Assembly (NCBI GenBank): GCA_041660005.1
Contig: JBAZXG010000002.1
Coordinates: 24,356-88,355 of the forward strand
Direction: 5' to 3'
From: Patescibacteria group bacterium
GTDB lineage: Bacteria; Patescibacteriota; Patescibacteriia; GWA2-46-9
DNA: 64,000 bases
Shown here one piece after another: positions 1 to 9,715 of this stretch; the first letter of the stretch is position 1, and every line of letters begins with the position of its first letter. The position numbers were made by a program, and so were the translations under genes. A model generated the notes under the pieces. It did no database searches and had not been told where the DNA came from. It saw only the letters and a program-made list of their open reading frames with translations.

Positions 1-115
1 TGCGTACGCACAAAATGGTGTAATTTGATACTTACGTAGCTCTGTCGCACTCCCTTTTTCAGTTCGCTCGGTGACAGATAAAGGGCTTCGGGGCTTTCTA
101 TGGGGTTAATACCAT

Positions 116-1660
116 TTATTTATTTTGCTGCAAACAGACGTACTGATAAACAAACTGGTTCAGCTGATGGAAGCACTCGGCATCAAGTGGTGTGGCGAGT
201 AGCTTTGGCGAAGAAACATAAACATAGGGTGCAATTGGATAGCGGTTCATGAGGGCTTGGCGGCGCACTGATTCTGACGTAGTCCAAAATTCAAACCACT
301 CATCATAGTTCCATTTATCTCTAAATAACCCCGGGGCAATTACGTCGTGTCCGCTCCAGCCCCATACCCATGGGGCGTCATTCGAGGAAACCACCATAAC
401 AGGAACTTGCTTATCAAGTGTCTGCAATTGACGAACTGACTGAAGGAAACTCTCGGTAATGGTATTACCGCGAAAAAGTATTACCAAAGCCCACGGGATA
501 AAAAACATCGGCAAAAAAATTAAAGAGACGATGCGAGATGAAGAAGTTTTTAATTGTGTCAAAATTTTTCCTGCAGCAAATCCTGCATAAAAAATCACAC
601 TGAGATCAAGAAAAATTAATGTCCGCTTATAAAAAGGTAACTGAAAAATAATAAAAATAATGCTAGCTACCCCCAACCAAAAAAGTGGTTGGTGAAAACG
701 TTTTTTACTGTAATACGCCCCAGCTAAAGCTAGGGGCAACAAAAACGCATTTACAATTAAGTAAGTATTTACCGAAATAAATTGACCTTCGCGAACAGCA
801 AAGTAGTCTGGAGCACTCGTTCCTAAAATGAGGATACGCTCTAAAATAAACAATGCTTCTCTTTGCCACCACAAAAAACCAATCGCCACTGGAGCTATGG
901 CAAGTAATATCCAACGGCGATATTGAGGATACATACACCAGAGAGTTGGAAATACTGAGAGCAAAAGAAAAACGCCAGTGGTGCGGTGGCTCACCAGTAT
1001 GAATAGGGCGGGCAAAATTGCCCAGGCAGATTTTTTATAAAGGGCTACGTACGTAAGGAGTAAAAGCGCAAGAGCAAAAAATTGTTTCCAAAGGAAAAAT
1101 TGATATGCGGACGCTTGGGTGAATGATAGTGCAAATAAAATTAAGGTGACGCTCGCCACTGTTGCGCCGTACTCTTTGCGACTTAAAACAAAGAGTCCTA
1201 GTCCAGTCAGCGCAAAAAGACCGGCCATGCTGCCGTACAATATAAAATCTACCGGCAGTCTGCTGAGACTTAATAAATCGAGAAACACACGCGAGCCAAT
1301 GGCGCTACTCGGCAGAAGTAAAGCGGGCGGTCGAGGAAAGGTCAACGTCGGCTGCTCTAAATAATGCTTATAGAAACCAACGTCATAGCCAAAATAAATT
1401 TCTCCTGACCTGAAAAGCGGAGTGAATGCGCTCGTAATAAGCAAAATAATACCAAGAGCAAAAAGACAATTTTTTAACGTTGGTGCTACCTCGATTTTTC
1501 CTTCGCTAAACTTTTTATGCATCAAACCCAAGGTGCCACCACCAAGGAGCACCACCAACGATAACGGCCACGGAGTGAAAAAAGCGACCAGCGCCGAACT
1601 CATGGCGATGCTATAGCTGACGACTGGGAGTTTATCAATGGCTGCGAGAAATTTATGCAT
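116..1660 (-). CDS. GT-C fold membrane glycosyltransferase (GT39/ArnT/PMT-like), about 12 TM helices
   Basis: 514 aa ORF, multiple hydrophobic helices followed by a C-terminal soluble domain; typical architecture of dolichyl/undecaprenyl-phosphate sugar dependent glycosyltransferases. Confidence 0.6.
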   Translation of the reverse strand: MHKFLAAIDKLPVVSYSIAMSSALVAFFTPWPLSLVVLLGGGTLGLMHKKFSEGKIEVAPTLKNCLFALGIILLITSAFTPLFRSGEIYFGYDVGFYKHYLEQPTLTFPRPPALLLPSSAIGSRVFLDLLSLSRLPVDFILYGSMAGLFALTGLGLFVLSRKEYGATVASVTLILFALSFTQASAYQFFLWKQFFALALLLLTYVALYKKSAWAILPALFILVSHRTTGVFLLLSVFPTLWCMYPQYRRWILLAIAPVAIGFLWWQREALFILERILILGTSAPDYFAVREGQFISVNTYLIVNAFLLPLALAGAYYSKKRFHQPLFWLGVASIIFIIFQLPFYKRTLIFLDLSVIFYAGFAAGKILTQLKTSSSRIVSLIFLPMFFIPWALVILFRGNTITESFLQSVRQLQTLDKQVPVMVVSSNDAPWVWGWSGHDVIAPGLFRDKWNYDEWFEFWTTSESVRRQALMNRYPIAPYVYVSSPKLLATPLDAECFHQLNQFVYQYVCLQQNK

Positions 1661-1850
1661 GATTCTAAGTATAGACGCGAAATGTTTTGAATACTAATGT
1701 ACACCTTATCAAAAAATCCTTTAACTCTAAGCAACGCCGTTGACAGCTTAGCTCGTGTCAAATAACATGCGACCATCATCTTTAGAACAAAGGTGACCCA
1801 AGTTCGCCGGGGTATGGCGACCACCGCTCGTTAACAAAGGGCTACAGAAC

Positions 1851-2171
1851 ATGAAAAAGTTCAGAACGCAAATCAGCCGCAATGCAAAACGCGGATTGTT
1901 GTGTGGGCTGTTCCTCATGCTCTCTATGTTCGCCCTTTCAGGGTGGGTGGACGCTATAGAAGCACGGAATAGCATCATGCCAGGGCTCAAGCAGTCAGGA
2001 GCTTGGGCGCTCTTCACTCTTGCTGCGTCGTCTGGCGCGTTAGGAGTAGGGCTCGGACTGGTAGAAAGCTGCATGGTTGAGCCGACTTCGAGAGTCACGG
2101 TGGCACTCATGGCTTGCTCGGCGATCTTCGCTGCAGTGGGTGACTGGCTTTACAGAATCAACGTCATCTAG
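1851..2171 (+). CDS. small membrane protein, paralog A of the downstream gene (GC-rich islet)
   Basis: 106 aa; N-terminus MKKFRTQISRNAKRGLL..TM resembles next ORF (TTTQIGRNAKHGVLLVLLL); GC well above flanks. Confidence 0.35.
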   Translation: MKKFRTQISRNAKRGLLCGLFLMLSMFALSGWVDAIEARNSIMPGLKQSGAWALFTLAASSGALGVGLGLVESCMVEPTSRVTVALMACSAIFAAVGDWLYRINVI

Positions 2172-2502
2172 CAACGGCTATCGTAGCGGTAGTAAAAGGG
2201 GTGCAATGGATATGACAAGCTACAAAACAACAACCCAAATAGGGCGCAACGCCAAACACGGAGTACTGCTAGTGCTGCTCCTCACTGGCACTGCGTTTGC
2301 AGTCTCGGAGTTGCTGTCTCTCTCGCCACCGCTGACAGAGGACGCGAAGACGATAGCCGCCGTCGCGCTCAGCTGCGGACTCGTAGGTGCTGTCAACGCG
2401 ACGGTGCTGCGAAAATTCTCACTCAGCTCCACTTTGCTGGCGGGAGCTGGGGCACTACTGTCCTCAATCGATTACTGGGTGAATGTTTTCAACGCTCCCT
2501 GA
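2077..2502 (+). CDS. small membrane protein, paralog B (likely true start near 2209, MDMTSYK...)
   Basis: 141 aa ORF with internal Met start followed by TM helices; paralogous to 1851..2171. Confidence 0.35.
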   Translation: MSRLRESRWHSWLARRSSLQWVTGFTESTSSSNGYRSGSKRGAMDMTSYKTTTQIGRNAKHGVLLVLLLTGTAFAVSELLSLSPPLTEDAKTIAAVALSCGLVGAVNATVLRKFSLSSTLLAGAGALLSSIDYWVNVFNAP

Positions 2503-2733
2503 TTACCGACCCGTGCCTAAACCCCGCACCTCGCGGGGCAATGGCCGAATGAACACGAAAGGCCCTTGCTGTCTCACCAACAGTCCGGGCCTTCGTTCTT
2601 TTTAGAAATGACGAAGGGCGGGTCGATCAGCGTTGCTGACCAATCCCGCCCTTCTCGTCGGTGTTACTCCTCCTTCTTGTGTGAGACGTGCGACCACCGT
2701 ATCGCTACGTCAACTCCCCTCCTGTTCTTCTCG

Positions 2734-3099
2734 TTACTTTGGAGCGGCTATCAACCACTTGCCGCAGAAATGCACTGGTGACTCCATCGAACGGAACATG
2801 AGTCGCGTACCGCTCTTCTCGTCGTCCAGTATCACCCACTGAGGGTGCCCGACCACCTTACGCACCGACCCGCGGCACGAGGGGTGGTGAATATTGCGAT
2901 AGACTTCGCACGGACCACTGGCCTGACATGTCGTCGGGACCGGAACGATATCAGCAACGACAAAGGGGCCGTCGCCGTACCGGGTGGGAGCATCGAACGT
3001 CTCGTCGTCTCTTGCCTTTTTGCTCCAGATGACTCGCTGCCCCTTTGTGAAGATCTCAACTGTTTCCTGCGTCATCGATCCGTCCTCCTGTTGAAGCAT
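2734..3099 (-). CDS. hypothetical protein (second gene of a 2-gene GC-rich operon; probable start at 3075 overlapping upstream stop as ATGA)
   Basis: 121 aa ORF; ATGA start/stop overlap with 3072..3317; no recognisable motif. Confidence 0.4.
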   Translation of the reverse strand: MLQQEDGSMTQETVEIFTKGQRVIWSKKARDDETFDAPTRYGDGPFVVADIVPVPTTCQASGPCEVYRNIHHPSCRGSVRKVVGHPQWVILDDEKSGTRLMFRSMESPVHFCGKWLIAAPK

Positions 3100-3317
3100 C
3101 GGGTTGGGGAGAGAACGGACTTGCTAGCTGCCGCTCTCTCGAGTTTCTGTTTCTCATACTGCGAGAGCCGCTCGAGTTCGACACCGTACGTACCGGACCA
3201 GGCTCTCCACCAAGCGAGGTGATCACCACGCGTCTCCTCGAACACTCTCGCTGCCACGCAATCAGCCGCGTACATGGCGCGGGCCATGAGTTGCTCGGTT
3301 GTTCGTGAATCAGCCAA
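3072..3317 (-). CDS. hypothetical protein (first gene of GC-rich 2-gene operon)
   Basis: 81 aa ORF, GC-rich, translationally coupled to downstream ORF. Confidence 0.4.
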   Translation of the reverse strand: MADSRTTEQLMARAMYAADCVAARVFEETRGDHLAWWRAWSGTYGVELERLSQYEKQKLERAAASKSVLSPTRCFNRRTDR

Positions 3318-3517
3318 ATGAACTCCCTCCGAAGTGAACCAACCTATTCGAAGTTGGGTTGTGAGAGAAATGCTTTCTTCAAGCTATTCCTCTGAATTTG
3401 TGAAAATGCCATCAGAAATGCGAACTAACATTTTTATCATAATAACGAGCAGGGGTCAATTGCAGTGTATAAAAAGAAACAAAATACAGCCTTCATAAAA
3501 AGGAGCTCAATTACATT

Positions 3518-3566
3518 GCCATCCACGTCAAAAATACAAAATCCCGCCGAAAGCGGGAGTTGTATT
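3518..3566 (+). repeat. 49 nt repeat containing hairpin CCCGC-CGAAA-GCGGG; second copy at 4109..4157 where it forms the terminator beside tRNA-Lys
   Basis: identical 49-mer gccatccacgtcaaaaatacaaaatcccgccgaaagcgggagttgtatt at both sites. Confidence 0.8.
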
Positions 3567-3940
3567 CTAGTGATGCCCTTCGACCCATTCAACTTCTTTC
3601 AGGGTCGCCCTGAGAATAATCGAATGGGCGACAAGCCCAGGGCATTCAACTCACAAAATACTTGGTTTACCATGAGTCCTTCATTGCCTTAGGATAAACG
3701 AGCGAAGCGATTTATGGTGAGTTCGTCGAACCAGTCGAACGGTGGGTGGGCTCCCCTCAACGGGGACTTCTTCATTTGATAACTAGACTATGGTGAGTCG
3801 TGGGAATTATTTTTACTCCGACCTGCCCGACGGCAAGGCGGGCAAAAAGCCGGCGACCGAAGGAAGTGCTTGTGGTACTCGATTCCCTTCAATAAACGCA
3901 TAAGTAAACAAATAACCCCCATACGGGGGTTCTTGTTTAC

Positions 3941-3959
3941 TGGTGGGTCGGCTGGGAAT
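3941..3959 (-). repeat. direct copy of the 3' terminal 19 nt of tRNA-Lys (att-like), start of a ~170 nt family-2 element (3941..4108)
   Basis: tggtgggtcggctgggaat identical to 4160..4178 (3' end of tRNA-Lys incl. CCA). Confidence 0.8.
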
Positions 3960-4120
3960 TCCGCCGCACTTCGTCTTCAGCAGTACGACTCAGTGCTCTG
4001 TCCGGGGCAGCGCTGCATGCTCGATTGACTCGCATCCATCGGCGTTCGGGGTATTCGTGATTGCTTCCGCAATCACTCAGCCCTCACTGCTGCCCGTTCG
4101 ATTCCCTGGCCATCCACGTC

Positions 4121-4160
4121 AAAAATACAAAATCCCGCCGAAAGCGGGAGTTGTATTTTT
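4121..4160. terminator. hairpin (CCCGC/GCGGG, GAAA-type loop) flanked by A-run/T-run; bidirectional intrinsic terminator between family-2 element and tRNA-Lys
   Basis: aaaaatacaaaatcccgccgaaagcgggagttgtattttt seen directly. Confidence 0.6.
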
Positions 4161-4235
4161 GGTGGGTCGGCTGGGAATCGAACCCAGAACCTTATCCTTA
4201 AGAGGGATCTGCTCTACCAATTGAGCTACCGACCC
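4160..4235 (-). tRNA. tRNA-Lys (anticodon CTT)
   Basis: manual fold: GGGTCGG acceptor, anticodon loop CT-CTT-AA, TTCGATT T-loop, CCA encoded. Confidence 0.85.
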
Positions 4236-4295
4236 GGGTGGCAAATGGCCTATGGCAAATTGCAAATGGCGACTCGGGAAAATTTTCTACCTGCA

Positions 4296-4367
4296 AGTGA
4301 AAAAATTATGAGTACGTCAGCCATAGAACTTTGTTCGCTGACGCACGGAATAATTTTTGAACGACCT
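4296..4367. repeat. REP/MITE-like imperfect long hairpin repeat (family 4); other copies 12673..12744 and partial 12504..12536
   Basis: agtgaaaaaattatgagtacgtcRgccRtagaactttgttcgctgacgcacggaataatttttgaacgacct; nested inverted repeats aaaaattat/ataattttt and cgtcagc/gctgacg; the six-frame ORFs covering it (4221..4436, 12565..12768) just translate the repeat. Confidence 0.7.
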
Positions 4368-4395
4368 CTGCTTGAGGGAAAGTCCGCCACCGTTA

Positions 4396-4480
4396 AAACT
4401 ATGGCGGACAGCCCTTTCTCAAAACGTCTGGCGTAAGCCAGCCGCCGTTGAAACTATGGCTGGCTCGCCAGCCGTAACTT
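4396..4480. repeat. family-3 repeat: two tandem hairpins with conserved loop CCGTTRAAACTAT; second copy 31129..31212
   Basis: 85 nt about 90% identical between the tRNA-Arg and tRNA-Ala loci; both followed by agtgaaggc then a tRNA 3' end sequence. Confidence 0.7.
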
Positions 4481-4490
4481 TAGTGAAGGC

Positions 4491-4566
4491 TGGTGCCTCC
4501 AGAGGGAATCGAACCCCCATTCCTGGTTCCGAAGACCAGTGCTCTATCCGTTGAGCTATAGAGGCC
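4491..4566 (-). tRNA. tRNA-Arg (anticodon TCG)
   Basis: manual fold: GGCCTCT acceptor, anticodon loop CT-TCG-GA, TTCGATT T-loop, CCA encoded. Confidence 0.85.
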
Positions 4567-4685
4567 AAAAAACGTACTATTGTACGCTGAGGCAAAAGTG
4601 TAAACTGTTTTTTTTATTCTGTACACCCTAACCTTTCAACGAACTAAAAAACAAGCTACCACCCAAAAACGAAGACCTGCGTAGA

Positions 4686-5726
4686 CTATAATGTTTCTGG
4701 GTTTGTCATGTAGCGTTTCGCAACGTCCGGTGCAACCACACCTTCTTTCACGAGGCGTGCAATGTCGCGATCCAATGGTTGCATTCCTTCTGCCTTGCCG
4801 GTTTCAATAGCGGTCCTCAACTGCGCAACTTTATTGTCTCGAATGAGCGAACCAACGGCTGGAGTCGCCATCATGATTTCGCGGGCAGCCACACGCCCTC
4901 CACCCACCTTCGGCAATAGTCGCTGCGACACAACGCCGCGGAGGGTCATAGAAATTTGCATGCGCACCTGATCTTGCTGATGCGACGGAAAAGTATCAAT
5001 GATGCGGTCAACAGCCTGCGCCGCACTGAACGTATGCAACGTTGCCAGAACCAGGTGTCCGGTTTCAGCGACCGTAATGGCAGTACCGATAGTTTCCAAA
5101 TCGCGCATTTCCCCAACCATGATGACATTGGGGTCCTGACGGAGCACGTGCTTTAAACCTTCTGAAAACGAAAGCATATCACTGCCAAGCTCACGCTGAA
5201 TGATCATGCTCTTCTTTGGAGTAAAAATAAACTCAACCGGGTCTTCCAGGGTGACAATGTTACAAGCTCGTTCAATGTTAATAAGTTCAATCATGGCGGC
5301 TAGCGACGTGGATTTTCCGTGGCCGGTGGGTCCGGTCATGAGAATAAGCCCTTGATCAAGCCGTGCTAGATTGTACATGACCTCTGGCATCCCCAGTTCT
5401 TCCATGCTCGGAAGAGTAGCCGGAATGACACGGGCAACAAGACCAACTAAACCCTTTTCCCAAAAAAGGTTCACCCGAAAACGACCGGCACCACTGACTG
5501 AATAAGCAAAATCAAGTTCTCTTTCTTTAACAAACTTTGCTTTCTCTGGTGCACTAATCATGCTGAGCGCCGCCTCTTCGACATCTTTGGCTGTAAGCAC
5601 AGCACCCTTCAGCGGAACCAACTCGCCGTCTACCCGCACCGTTGGAGCATAGCCAACGGCTAAATGGAGATCCGACGCTTTGGCGGCGACGGCATCTTTA
5701 AGAAGAGTGTCCACAGAAATTGCCAT
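4686..5726 (-). CDS. pilT: type IV pilus retraction/twitching ATPase PilT
   Basis: 346 aa, Walker A GPTGHGKST, PilT/GspE family order of motifs, typical PilT length. Confidence 0.85.
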   Translation of the reverse strand: MAISVDTLLKDAVAAKASDLHLAVGYAPTVRVDGELVPLKGAVLTAKDVEEAALSMISAPEKAKFVKERELDFAYSVSGAGRFRVNLFWEKGLVGLVARVIPATLPSMEELGMPEVMYNLARLDQGLILMTGPTGHGKSTSLAAMIELINIERACNIVTLEDPVEFIFTPKKSMIIQRELGSDMLSFSEGLKHVLRQDPNVIMVGEMRDLETIGTAITVAETGHLVLATLHTFSAAQAVDRIIDTFPSHQQDQVRMQISMTLRGVVSQRLLPKVGGGRVAAREIMMATPAVGSLIRDNKVAQLRTAIETGKAEGMQPLDRDIARLVKEGVVAPDVAKRYMTNPETL

Positions 5727-5735
5727 AGGATTATA

Positions 5736-6428
5736 TTACCACGACTTAACTTTAAGCGCTGCTCGAGCCGCCGACTCCTCACCCTCTTGCTTACTGGCGC
5801 CTTTCCCTTCTGCCACGAGATCACTACCTAGAAAAATGCCAATCGTAAAAATCTTGGCGTGATCCGGACCTGTTTCTGAAAGCACTCGGTAGTTCGGCGT
5901 AATGCCAACTTTCTCCTGCGCCGCCTCTTGGAAAGCACTTTTTGGATCACGGTACAGTTCATATTCTAAAATATGAGGTAGCCGAGGCAGTAACACTCGC
6001 TGGATGAAATTTTCGGCAACCGAAAAGCCTTGATCAATGTACATAGCACCAACGATCGCCTCAAAGGCGTTGGCTAAAATGTATGTTCTGGCTTTGGTAT
6101 TTGTCTCTTTCGCTTCGCCTCGTGATAAATAAAGATAATCACGCAGATGAAGTTCGTTCGCAACCTCACCGAGCATTTTTGTATTCACCAAGCTCGCTCG
6201 CCAATTCGTCAGATCCCCCTCTGGGTTCTGATAATTACGATACAAAAATTCGGTTACCACGAGCTCCAAAACAGCGTCTCCTAAAAACTCCAACCGCTCG
6301 TTGTTACCGTGTGGAAACTCCGGATTTTCGTTAAGGTACGAACGATGCACCAGCGCTTGCTCTAAAAGCTCTTTGTTCACAAAGGTAACGCCGAGGTGCT
6401 CTTCGATTTCAAAAAGATTGTGCGTCAT
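5736..6428 (-). CDS. rnc: ribonuclease III
   Basis: ERLEFLGDAVLEL signature motif, C-terminal dsRBD, 230 aa. Confidence 0.9.
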   Translation of the reverse strand: MTHNLFEIEEHLGVTFVNKELLEQALVHRSYLNENPEFPHGNNERLEFLGDAVLELVVTEFLYRNYQNPEGDLTNWRASLVNTKMLGEVANELHLRDYLYLSRGEAKETNTKARTYILANAFEAIVGAMYIDQGFSVAENFIQRVLLPRLPHILEYELYRDPKSAFQEAAQEKVGITPNYRVLSETGPDHAKIFTIGIFLGSDLVAEGKGASKQEGEESAARAALKVKSW

Positions 6429-6916
6429 GTGTTCGATGATTGATTAGATGTCTCTACGGAACTGCTTTCGTCGATGCCAGTGATGTCCTTATAAATTGCA
6501 CCGAGAACACCATTCACGAAACGACCAGAAGATTCTCCACCAAACGCTTTAGCGAGTTCGATTGCTTCGTTAATGGCAACTTTTGCCGGCACTTCGCGCG
6601 CGATTGCTAACTCAAAAATACCCAAGCGCAGAATGTTACGGTCAACGACGGTGATTTGATCGATCGGCCACTCCGGCGCGTACTTTCTTATATACGGATC
6701 AATTTCAGCAATATGCTCAACAATGCCGTCGACGAGTCGAAAAGAAAACTCTTGATCTTCGCTCCCTTGAGCAAACTCTTTAAGGTTATTGACGACAAGC
6801 GCTCGAGCAAGCGAACGCATCTCGTCAGACGAACGCCCGAGAGAGAGCGGATTGTTAAAATCGAGCTCGTAGAGCGTTTGCATGGCAACCGTCCGAGCGA
6901 GATGGCGGTTCGACAT
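6425..6916 (-). CDS. nusB: transcription antitermination factor NusB
   Basis: 163 aa, N-terminal ARTVAMQTLYELDF motif typical of NusB; overlaps rnc start. Confidence 0.8.
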   Translation of the reverse strand: MSNRHLARTVAMQTLYELDFNNPLSLGRSSDEMRSLARALVVNNLKEFAQGSEDQEFSFRLVDGIVEHIAEIDPYIRKYAPEWPIDQITVVDRNILRLGIFELAIAREVPAKVAINEAIELAKAFGGESSGRFVNGVLGAIYKDITGIDESSSVETSNQSSNT

Positions 6917-6928
6917 GCTGTAAGCTGC

Positions 6929-7174
6929 TTACTCCGCGTCCTTTTTGGCGCGGGTAGTTGCGACCGTTTTCTTCTTGGCGCTTCTGGCCTGACGAACTGA
7001 AGCCGCTGGTAGAACTTGACGACCACGGTACGTGCCGCACACCAAACATGCAGTGTGGGGTAGTTTTTTCTTGCCGCACTTATCACAGGTCGACAGCGTC
7101 ATTCGCTTAAGGGCATTATGCGACTGACGGCGACGTTTATGCGATGATGTACGGCGTTGCGCTGGTACAGACAT
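6929..7174 (-). CDS. rpmF: 50S ribosomal protein L32 (bL32) with extended basic C-terminus
   Basis: SVPAQRRTSSHKRRRQSH...CDKCGKKKLPHTACLVCGTYRGRQV zinc-ribbon L32 signature. Confidence 0.8.
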   Translation of the reverse strand: MSVPAQRRTSSHKRRRQSHNALKRMTLSTCDKCGKKKLPHTACLVCGTYRGRQVLPAASVRQARSAKKKTVATTRAKKDAE

Positions 7175-7208
7175 AGACTAAATAATAGTTAATAAACGTT
7201 ACAGCATC

Positions 7209-9707
7209 TTACCCGACCAGCGTCACAGAAGCAACCCTATCCTCTGGGTTCTTCAAGCGCATGAGGCGAACACCCTGCGTTACGCGACCGAGTAAGCTGA
7301 CTGATTTATAAGGAATACGGATAACTTGGCCAGCAGTTGAGATGACAATAATGTCCGGCATCTGTTCTTCGTCTGGCACTAAAGCGGCGCCGCCAATCAA
7401 TGGACCGGTCTTTTTGGTGACATCCGCAGCTTTGACGCCGCTTCCACCACGACCCTGCACCTTATGCTGCGCGAGCTTTGTTCGTTTACCAAAACCATAC
7501 TCACTTACCAGAATGAGTTCGTGCGCGTTGGCAGACTTACCGGCCGGCAGTACCTGCATGAGCACCACTGCATCATTGCTCTTGAGGCGAATGCCAAGAA
7601 CGCCGGCAGCAGACCGACCCATGGCACGCACGTTCTTTTCTTTGAAACGAATCGACTGACCCGCTTTGGTTACAAATAATATTTCATCCTGTCCGGTTGA
7701 TGGATGCACCCAGCGCAACGTGTCGTCCTTACGCAAGCGAATGGCAATGAGACCGGACCGGCGCACCGCACTGAATTGCTCAAAGGGCACTTTTTTAATA
7801 ACACCCCGAATAGTACCCATCACGAGGTAGGTATAGGCGGTTCGGCCCGTAACCGGTAGCACCGCGGTAACACTTTCTTCTGGAGCAAGTTGCAAGAAGT
7901 TGACGATGGCTTGACCCTTCGCTGTACGAGAAGAAACCGGAACTTCATAGGCCTTCAATTGGAAGACGCGTCCGGTCGTCGTGAAGAAGAGCAAATCAGC
8001 ATGCGTCGTTGTCGATACGAGGTGCGCAACAAAATCATCTTCTTTTGTCGTAAGACCAATAACACCCTTACCGCCGCGCGCTTGTGTGCGGAAACTGTCG
8101 GGCGGCAAACGTTTAATGTAGCCGCCGCTCGTTACTGCAACGACCGTTGCTTCGTCAGGAATCAAATCTTCTGAGGTGAACTCACCAACCGGACCTTTGA
8201 CCACAACCGTGCGGCGCGGTGAAGCGAAGCGTTCTTTCAAGTCGAGTAATTCAGTAGTCACCACGGCGCGAATTTTTTTCTGTGATGCCAAGAGAATTGA
8301 AAGTTCTTTCATGATTTGACGCTTCTCTTTTAGTTCATCTTCAATTTTCAATCGCTCCAAGTTCGCCAATTGCTGAAGGCGCATTTCCAAAATAGCAACG
8401 GCCTGGCGCTCAGAAAGTTTGAACTTCTGCATAAGCCCAAGCCGCGCTTCGTCTTTATCGGACGATTTTTTGATGAGCTTAATAACCGCATCGATGTTGT
8501 CCTCGGCAATCTTTAATCCTTCCAATATGTGTGCACGTTCTTTTGCTTTTTCCAGTTCATACTCTGCGCGGCGGCGCACAATGACCTCACGATGCTTGAC
8601 GTACTCTTCTAAAATTGTTTTAAGATTCAAAACGCGCGGCTGCTCTCCGTTGACGAGCGCCAGCATGTTTAGGTGAAACGTCTGCTGCAACTCGGTGTGT
8701 TTAAAGAGTTGGTTCAGCACCTTCTTGGGGTAGCTGTCTTTTTTGAGTTCAATCACCACCCGCACGCCAGATTTGTCTGATTCATCGCGGAGATCACGAA
8801 TGCCTTCTATTTTTTTATCCTGCACGAGGTTAGCAATGTGCTCCACAAGCGTGGCTTTGTTCACCTGGTACGGAATCTCTGTAACGATGATGCGGAACGC
8901 ACCGTTCTTTTCTTCTTCAATTTCCGCTTTGGCGCGCGTAACAATTGAACCGCGGCCGGTGCCGTAGGCCTCACGCACCGCTTTGGCGTCATAGATGGTA
9001 CCGCCGGTCGGGTAATCTGGTCCGGGAATAAAGCCAATGAGATCTTCAACCGTGGCTTCAGGATGCTCAATTAAATAAACCGTAGCGTCAATGACCTCAC
9101 CAAGATTGTGTGGTGGAATGGACGTTGCCATACCAACGGCAATACCCGCAGTACCGTTGACGAGCAGGTTAGGAACCTTGGCAGGCAAAACCAACGGCTC
9201 TTCATGCGTGCCATCATAGTTCGGCACATAGGTAACCGTGTTCTTTTCGAGATCAGCAAGAATTTCCTCGGCAATAGGGGACAATTTCGCTTCCGTATAA
9301 CGCATGGCAGCCGCACTATCGCCATCCATCGAACCAAAGTTACCTTGCCCAATAATGAGCGGCTCGCGCATGGAGAAAGGTTGCGCCAAACGAACCAGCG
9401 CTTCATACAACGCGCTGTCGCCATGGGGGTGGTATTTACCCATCACTTCACCGACGACTGTTGCGGATTTTCTTGTTTTACCGCTAGCGCGAAGTCCGGT
9501 CTGGTTCATGGCAAACAAAATACGGCGCTGCACGGGTTTCAAACCGTCGCGCACATCGGGAAGCGCCCGCGAAACAATGACTGACATCGCATAGTCAATG
9601 TAGGACTGTTCCATTTCAGCAACCAACCCGCGCTGCTCCACCTGGCCAACGTCTTTGACAATGGTGATTTCCCCTTCTGCTTTTTTCTTCTCCTGGTCTT
9701 TTTTCAT
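7209..9707 (-). CDS. gyrA: DNA gyrase subunit A
   Basis: 832 aa; [11 protein letters not shown] active-site Tyr region, [14 protein letters not shown], GyrA-box-like QARGGKG in C-terminal beta-pinwheel. Confidence 0.9.
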   Translation of the reverse strand: MKKDQEKKKAEGEITIVKDVGQVEQRGLVAEMEQSYIDYAMSVIVSRALPDVRDGLKPVQRRILFAMNQTGLRASGKTRKSATVVGEVMGKYHPHGDSALYEALVRLAQPFSMREPLIIGQGNFGSMDGDSAAAMRYTEAKLSPIAEEILADLEKNTVTYVPNYDGTHEEPLVLPAKVPNLLVNGTAGIAVGMATSIPPHNLGEVIDATVYLIEHPEATVEDLIGFIPGPDYPTGGTIYDAKAVREAYGTGRGSIVTRAKAEIEEEKNGAFRIIVTEIPYQVNKATLVEHIANLVQDKKIEGIRDLRDESDKSGVRVVIELKKDSYPKKVLNQLFKHTELQQTFHLNMLALVNGEQPRVLNLKTILEEYVKHREVIVRRRAEYELEKAKERAHILEGLKIAEDNIDAVIKLIKKSSDKDEARLGLMQKFKLSERQAVAILEMRLQQLANLERLKIEDELKEKRQIMKELSILLASQKKIRAVVTTELLDLKERFASPRRTVVVKGPVGEFTSEDLIPDEATVVAVTSGGYIKRLPPDSFRTQARGGKGVIGLTTKEDDFVAHLVSTTTHADLLFFTTTGRVFQLKAYEVPVSSRTAKGQAIVNFLQLAPEESVTAVLPVTGRTAYTYLVMGTIRGVIKKVPFEQFSAVRRSGLIAIRLRKDDTLRWVHPSTGQDEILFVTKAGQSIRFKEKNVRAMGRSAAGVLGIRLKSNDAVVLMQVLPAGKSANAHELILVSEYGFGKRTKLAQHKVQGRGGSGVKAADVTKKTGPLIGGAALVPDEEQMPDIIVISTAGQVIRIPYKSVSLLGRVTQGVRLMRLKNPEDRVASVTLVG

Positions 9708-9715
9708 AAACGTAT

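Noticed and set aside
4221-4436. 71 aa ORF (and 12565..12768, 67 aa) sharing peptide ASEKIMSTSA.ELCSLTHGIIFERP
   Set aside because: The shared peptide is simply the translation of the family-4 hairpin repeat. The flanks are unrelated, and the ORFs run across tRNA-adjacent repeats.
7342-9594. Multiple 70-160 aa ORFs on the plus strand inside gyrA
   Set aside because: Antisense to a highly confident 832 aa gyrA. No motifs.
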